Assembly: GCA_012034865.1 (NCBI GenBank)
Contig: JAAUOM010000045.1
Location: 1 to 24,000 of the forward strand
Source of the DNA: Acaryochloris sp. CRU_2_0
GTDB lineage: Bacteria > Cyanobacteriota > Cyanobacteriia > Thermosynechococcales > Thermosynechococcaceae
Length of the DNA: 24,000 bases
Direction of reading: 5' to 3'
The translations under genes and the position numbers were made by a program. Below, one piece after another: positions 20,038 through 24,000 of this stretch. How positions within the stretch are numbered: position 1 is the stretch's first letter; each line of letters starts with the position of its first letter. The notes under the pieces were generated by a model. It was not told the DNA's origin and searched no databases. It saw only the letters and a program-made list of their open reading frames with translations.

Positions 20038-20774
20038 ATGCCTACTGGCGAAGTTCTCTATGAAGGCAAAGCCAAAATTATCTACCGAACCGAGGATCCT
20101 GAGATCCTGTTAGCCCAGTATAAGGATGATGCGACGGCCTTTAATGCACAAAAGCGCGGCACGATTCTGAATAAGGGCAAAATTAATTGTGCGATCGCCA
20201 CCCATCTGTTCAAAGTCCTAGAAGCCGCAGAGATTGCCACCCATTTTGTGGATCAGCCCGCGCCTGAGCAAATGCGGATCCGAGCCGTCAAAATTGTGCC
20301 GTTGGAAGTGGTGGTCAGGAACATTGCTGCCGGGAGTCTCTGTCAACAAACAGGACTGGATCTCGGTTTACCCTTGTCTCAACCTTTAGTCGATTACTAC
20401 TACAAAGATGATGCCCTCGGTGACCCCTTATTAACACCGGATCGGATTTTTTGTTGGCTTTAGCCACCCCTGAGCAATTAGGGCAACTGCGGCAATTAGC
20501 CCTACGCATTAACGAGATCCTGATGGATTTTTTTCATCAGTGTGGGATTACCTTAGTGGACTTCAAGCTGGAATTTGGCCTGACCTCCGATCAGCAGGTA
20601 TTGCTGGCGGATGAGATTAGTCCAGATACTTGTCGATTATGGGATGACACCGAAGCGGATCCCGATCTGCGGGTGATGGATAAAGATCGGTTTCGGCGAG
20701 ACTTGGGGGAAGTGGATACTGCCTATGCCCGTGTCATGGAGCGGGTTCTAGGGCAAGACATATACGTACCCTAA
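20038..20774 (+). CDS. purC: Phosphoribosylaminoimidazole-succinocarboxamide synthase, reading frame interrupted by an apparent 1-nt deletion at 20447-20452
   Basis: LYEGKAKIIYRTEDPEILLAQYKDDATAFNAQKRGTI, KIVPLEVVVRNIAAGSL and DDALGDPLLTPDRI in one frame; LALATPEQLGQLRQLALRINEIL...CGITLVDFKLEFGLTSDQQVLLADEISPDTCRLWD in the next. One added T in the T6 run gives DRIFLLALATPEQ and a 245 aa protein of the expected size. Confidence 0.95.
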
Positions 20775-20800
20775 CCGGGTGCGATAAAATACTCCCTGTT

Positions 20801-23278
20801 TTGGATTTTCTTAAGGATTACCTTGGCAGTCATTGTTGTTCAGTTCAGTTGTGTGTGGTGTGTGAAGTGACTCAATCTCAATCGATCCAGATTCTCAGTC
20901 TTCCACCGATCCTCGGTGCAACGGTGATCATGGCGATGGCCGTCGGTGGGGCAGACCCTGCTCATAGCGAAACCCTCAGACCAACTAACGCCACCCCTGC
21001 AATCACTCTAGCCCCAACGGAACCAAAGGCAAGAGAGATCGCCCCTGAGCCAGGGACTGCGATCGCCCAATTACCCACGGAGGAACCTCCCACTCAATCA
21101 GTACCTGTGTTTCCCTCATCGTCTCCACCTCAGCCATCGCCAGAGGTGAAGGAAACGCCTGATACTCCTGACAGTTCACCTGAAAGTTCAACACAGGAGA
21201 CTCCTGATTCTGCTGAGGTCAGTCCCCCCGAACAGACCTCCCCTAGCCCAGCTACGCCCCAAGATACGCCCCCAGAGGAACCTGTGGCTCCTCAGCCCCC
21301 TGCTACCGAAGAAGGCGTACCCTCGCCCTCCCCTGCTGCGGAACAGAACCCCATTACGCCTCCAGGTCAACCCTCTGCACCTGCACCACCATTACCGGTT
21401 CCCAGTGGTGATATTCCCAGCACTCAACCAGGGACAACCCCGCCCACCACGCCCTCAGAGCAACCCCCTGTGCCTGCTCCTGGTGAGAGTACCACTGAAC
21501 CTGCTGCCCCTGAGCCAGAAGTGTTGGTGTCTGAAGTCGTGGTGGAAGGAGCCGAAGGAGATTTAGCGATCAATGCCTATGAGGCCATTAGTACGCGACC
21601 GGGACAAATAACAACGCGATCGCAAATTCAATCCGATATCAATGCCGTCTTTGGCACCGGTTTTTTCAGCAATGTCAGAGCCGAACCCACGGATACCCCA
21701 CTGGGGGTCAGGGTCACCTTTTTTGTGCAGCCCAACCCGACCTTAAAAACAGTGCAAATCACGGGCAATCAAGTCCTCACCCAAGAAAAAGTAGATGAGA
21801 TTTTTAAGCCACAATACGGTCGGATTTTAAATCTTCGGGATTTACAAGCGGGCGTCACCCGTGTGAACAAATACTATCAAGATCAAGGGTATGTTCTTGC
21901 CCAAGTCGTGGGCGTTCCCCAAATTGATCCAAATGGCACGGTGACTTTGCAGGTGGCAGAGGGCGTGGTTGAAGAAATTGATGTCCGCTATATCACGGAA
22001 GAGGGTGAACCCAAGAAGGGCAAAACCCGCGAATTCATTATCACCCGAGAAATGCGGACTGCGCCGGGAACCCCCCTCAACCGCAACAAACTCCAGGCTG
22101 ATCTCCAGCGAGTATTTGGCTTGGGCTTGTTTGAAGATGTCAAGGTGGCCTTGGAACCTGGTCAAGATCCGCGCAAGGTCGTCGTCAATCTTAATGTCCA
22201 AGAACGGAGTACGGCTAGCTTCTCTGCTGGTGCGGGCTTTAGCTCTCGCAGTGGTTTCTTTGGTACGGGGTCTTTTACAGAAAATAATTTGGGAGGAAAC
22301 AATCAAAAACTCAATGTTCAAGCTCAGGCCGGGACACGGGAATTTTTGTTTGATGTGGGTTTTACAGATCCTTGGATTGCGGGTGATCCGCATCATTCCT
22401 CTTACAGTGTCAACATTTTTAACCGTCTTACCCTGCCGTTGGTGTTTGATAACGGTCCTACAGATATTAACCTCCCCAATGGCGATACCCCTCGGGTCAA
22501 CCGCTTGGGTATGAGTGCCGTCTATAACCGACCCTTTACAACGGATCTCGATAAGTTAGGTCAAGCCTGGACTGGATCGGTGGGGATCCAATATCAGCGT
22601 ATTTCCATTCGAGATAGTGACTTTTCCATTTCCCCCGTTGATCAACTGGGCAATCCCCTCAGCTTTAGTGGGTCGGGGGAAGATGACTTGTTCACCGTGC
22701 AGTTAGGGCTGGGTCGAGATTTACGGGATAACCCTCTGGAACCGACCAAAGGATCTGCACTGCGGTTCGGGGTTGAGCAATCGATTCCCGTTGGCTCAGG
22801 GAGTATCTTGATGACTCGCCTGCGTGGCAGCTACAGTTACTTCATCCCCGTGAAATTCACCAAATTTACCAAAGGCCCGCAAACTTTAGCATTTAATGTC
22901 CAAGCTGGAACTATTCTGGGGGATCTTCCTCCCTATGAAGCCTTCTCCTTAGGGGGCAGTTCCTCCGTGCGGGGTTACGGGGAAGGAGACTTGGGGAGTG
23001 GCCGTAGCTTCATGCAAGCTACGGCGGAATACCGCTTCCCCTTGATCAATCTCCTGGGTGGCATTGGCGCGGTACTCTTCGTCGATGTGGGCAGTAACTT
23101 AGGCACCCAAAGTAATGTCCCAGGCCAACCCGGTGTTGTTCGGGATAAACCCGGAATCGGATTCGGTTACGGGATAGGAGTGCGGGTGAAAACACCCATT
23201 GGTCCAGTGCGTCTCGATTATGGCATTAACGATGATGGCGAGAATCGCTTCCACTTTGGCTTTGGTCAGCGATTCTAA
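20801..23278 (+). CDS. bamA: Omp85/BamA-family outer membrane protein assembly factor with long proline-rich N-terminal linker
   Basis: 825 aa. N-terminal hydrophobic signal (ILGATVIMAMAVGGADPAHS; the true start is probably an internal GTG), a ~150-aa Pro/Ser/Glu-rich region, POTRA-like repeats (EVVVEGAEGD..., VQITGNQVLTQEKVDEIF...), and a C-terminal barrel with SSVRGYGEGDLGSGRSF and RLDYGINDDGENRFHFGFGQRF. Confidence 0.92.
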   Translation: MDFLKDYLGSHCCSVQLCVVCEVTQSQSIQILSLPPILGATVIMAMAVGGADPAHSETLRPTNATPAITLAPTEPKAREIAPEPGTAIAQLPTEEPPTQSVPVFPSSSPPQPSPEVKETPDTPDSSPESSTQETPDSAEVSPPEQTSPSPATPQDTPPEEPVAPQPPATEEGVPSPSPAAEQNPITPPGQPSAPAPPLPVPSGDIPSTQPGTTPPTTPSEQPPVPAPGESTTEPAAPEPEVLVSEVVVEGAEGDLAINAYEAISTRPGQITTRSQIQSDINAVFGTGFFSNVRAEPTDTPLGVRVTFFVQPNPTLKTVQITGNQVLTQEKVDEIFKPQYGRILNLRDLQAGVTRVNKYYQDQGYVLAQVVGVPQIDPNGTVTLQVAEGVVEEIDVRYITEEGEPKKGKTREFIITREMRTAPGTPLNRNKLQADLQRVFGLGLFEDVKVALEPGQDPRKVVVNLNVQERSTASFSAGAGFSSRSGFFGTGSFTENNLGGNNQKLNVQAQAGTREFLFDVGFTDPWIAGDPHHSSYSVNIFNRLTLPLVFDNGPTDINLPNGDTPRVNRLGMSAVYNRPFTTDLDKLGQAWTGSVGIQYQRISIRDSDFSISPVDQLGNPLSFSGSGEDDLFTVQLGLGRDLRDNPLEPTKGSALRFGVEQSIPVGSGSILMTRLRGSYSYFIPVKFTKFTKGPQTLAFNVQAGTILGDLPPYEAFSLGGSSSVRGYGEGDLGSGRSFMQATAEYRFPLINLLGGIGAVLFVDVGSNLGTQSNVPGQPGVVRDKPGIGFGYGIGVRVKTPIGPVRLDYGINDDGENRFHFGFGQRF

Positions 23279-23283
23279 ACCAC

Positions 23284-24000
23284 ATGGCTGGGGTGGAGTC
23301 ATTGTCTAGGGAAAGTAGCGGTGCAGAGTTGGCGATCGCATCTGCCTACCAACATACCCTCCAAGACAGCTTTACCCTAGCCGGGATTGGCTTGCATACG
23401 GGGACACCAACCCAGGTGTCGGTTCATCCGGCTGACCCCGATCAAGGTCGCTATTTTATCCGAACCGACTTAGACCCACCCGTCCGCATTGCCGCCCATC
23501 TCTCTACCGTCCATGACACGCAGTTCTCAACGACGTTAATGCAAGCAGGCGTAAGGGTGGGCATGGTGGAGCATCTTTTAGCCGCCTTAGTCGGGTTGGG
23601 GATTGATAATGCTCAGATCGAAGTCCAGGGTGCGGAGGTTCCCCTCTTAGATGGCTCTGCTCAGCCTTGGGTAGACCAGATTCTGGCAATAGGTTGGCAG
23701 AGTCAATCTATACCTCGCCGCGTTGCATCCCTCCATCAAGCTGTTGTGGCGCAAGCAGAAGAGGCTTTTGTGATGGCGCTGCCCCATCCCCAGATCTTGT
23801 TCAGTTATGGTATTGATTTTCCCCAGGCTGCTATTGGCCGACAGTGGTGTCGTTTTAGCCTCAAGGACTTTGGGTTAGCCATCGCCCCAGCGCGGACGTT
23901 TGGCCGTCTTGAAGATGTAGAAAGCCTACGGACTAGAGGATTGATTAAAGGTGGTAGTCTAGAAAATGCCCTAGTTTGTGATCAGGACAAATGGCTGAAT
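23284..24000 (+). CDS. lpxC: UDP-3-O-acyl-N-acetylglucosamine deacetylase, 5' part (continues beyond window)
   Basis: Open frame from ATG 23284 to the window end: YQHTLQDSFTLAGIGLHTGTPTQVSVHPADPDQGRYFIRTD...MQAGVRVGMVEHLLAALVGLGIDNAQIEVQGAEVPLLDGSAQPWVDQIL. It starts 5 nt after the Omp85 gene. Not in the ORF track because it has no stop in the window. Confidence 0.93.
   Translation, partial: MAGVESLSRESSGAELAIASAYQHTLQDSFTLAGIGLHTGTPTQVSVHPADPDQGRYFIRTDLDPPVRIAAHLSTVHDTQFSTTLMQAGVRVGMVEHLLAALVGLGIDNAQIEVQGAEVPLLDGSAQPWVDQILAIGWQSQSIPRRVASLHQAVVAQAEEAFVMALPHPQILFSYGIDFPQAAIGRQWCRFSLKDFGLAIAPARTFGRLEDVESLRTRGLIKGGSLENALVCDQDKWLN

Noticed and set aside
21842-22396. 184-aa minus-strand and 181-aa plus-strand ORFs overlapping the Omp85 gene
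   Set aside because: Both lie entirely within the strongly supported Omp85 frame and have low-quality composition. They are spurious overlaps.

Overview
This is a cyanobacterial chromosomal segment: PetH, ChlP, a full urtABCDE operon and HIP1 (GCGATCGC) octamers all point that way. Most of it is housekeeping and nitrogen-related genes: petH(-), chlP(+), a small secreted protein(-), a PhoD-like phosphatase(-), moaA(-), a 2Fe-2S ferredoxin-like protein, a SpoIIM-family protein, chrA, ureF, ureG, urtA-B-C-D-E, an inositol-monophosphatase-like gene, a DUF1824-like gene, purC, an Omp85/BamA-like gene and the 5' part of lpxC. The clearest accessory locus is a type II restriction-modification cassette at 5031-7097. 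It pairs a predicted Eco47II/PmeII-like REase with a C5-cytosine methyltransferase that carries an N-terminal MerR-like HTH. The cassette is AT-rich and lacks HIP1. The most notable anomaly is that four genes (the methyltransferase, urtC, the IMPase and purC) are each split by an apparent single missing base. Three of the breaks fall in A/T homopolymers and one in a short AA. In every case, restoring one base gives a continuous protein. Systematic homopolymer undercalling is the leading explanation, but real phase variation or decay is worth excluding because the REase is intact and purC is normally essential. I did not find a convincing wholly new multi-gene system.
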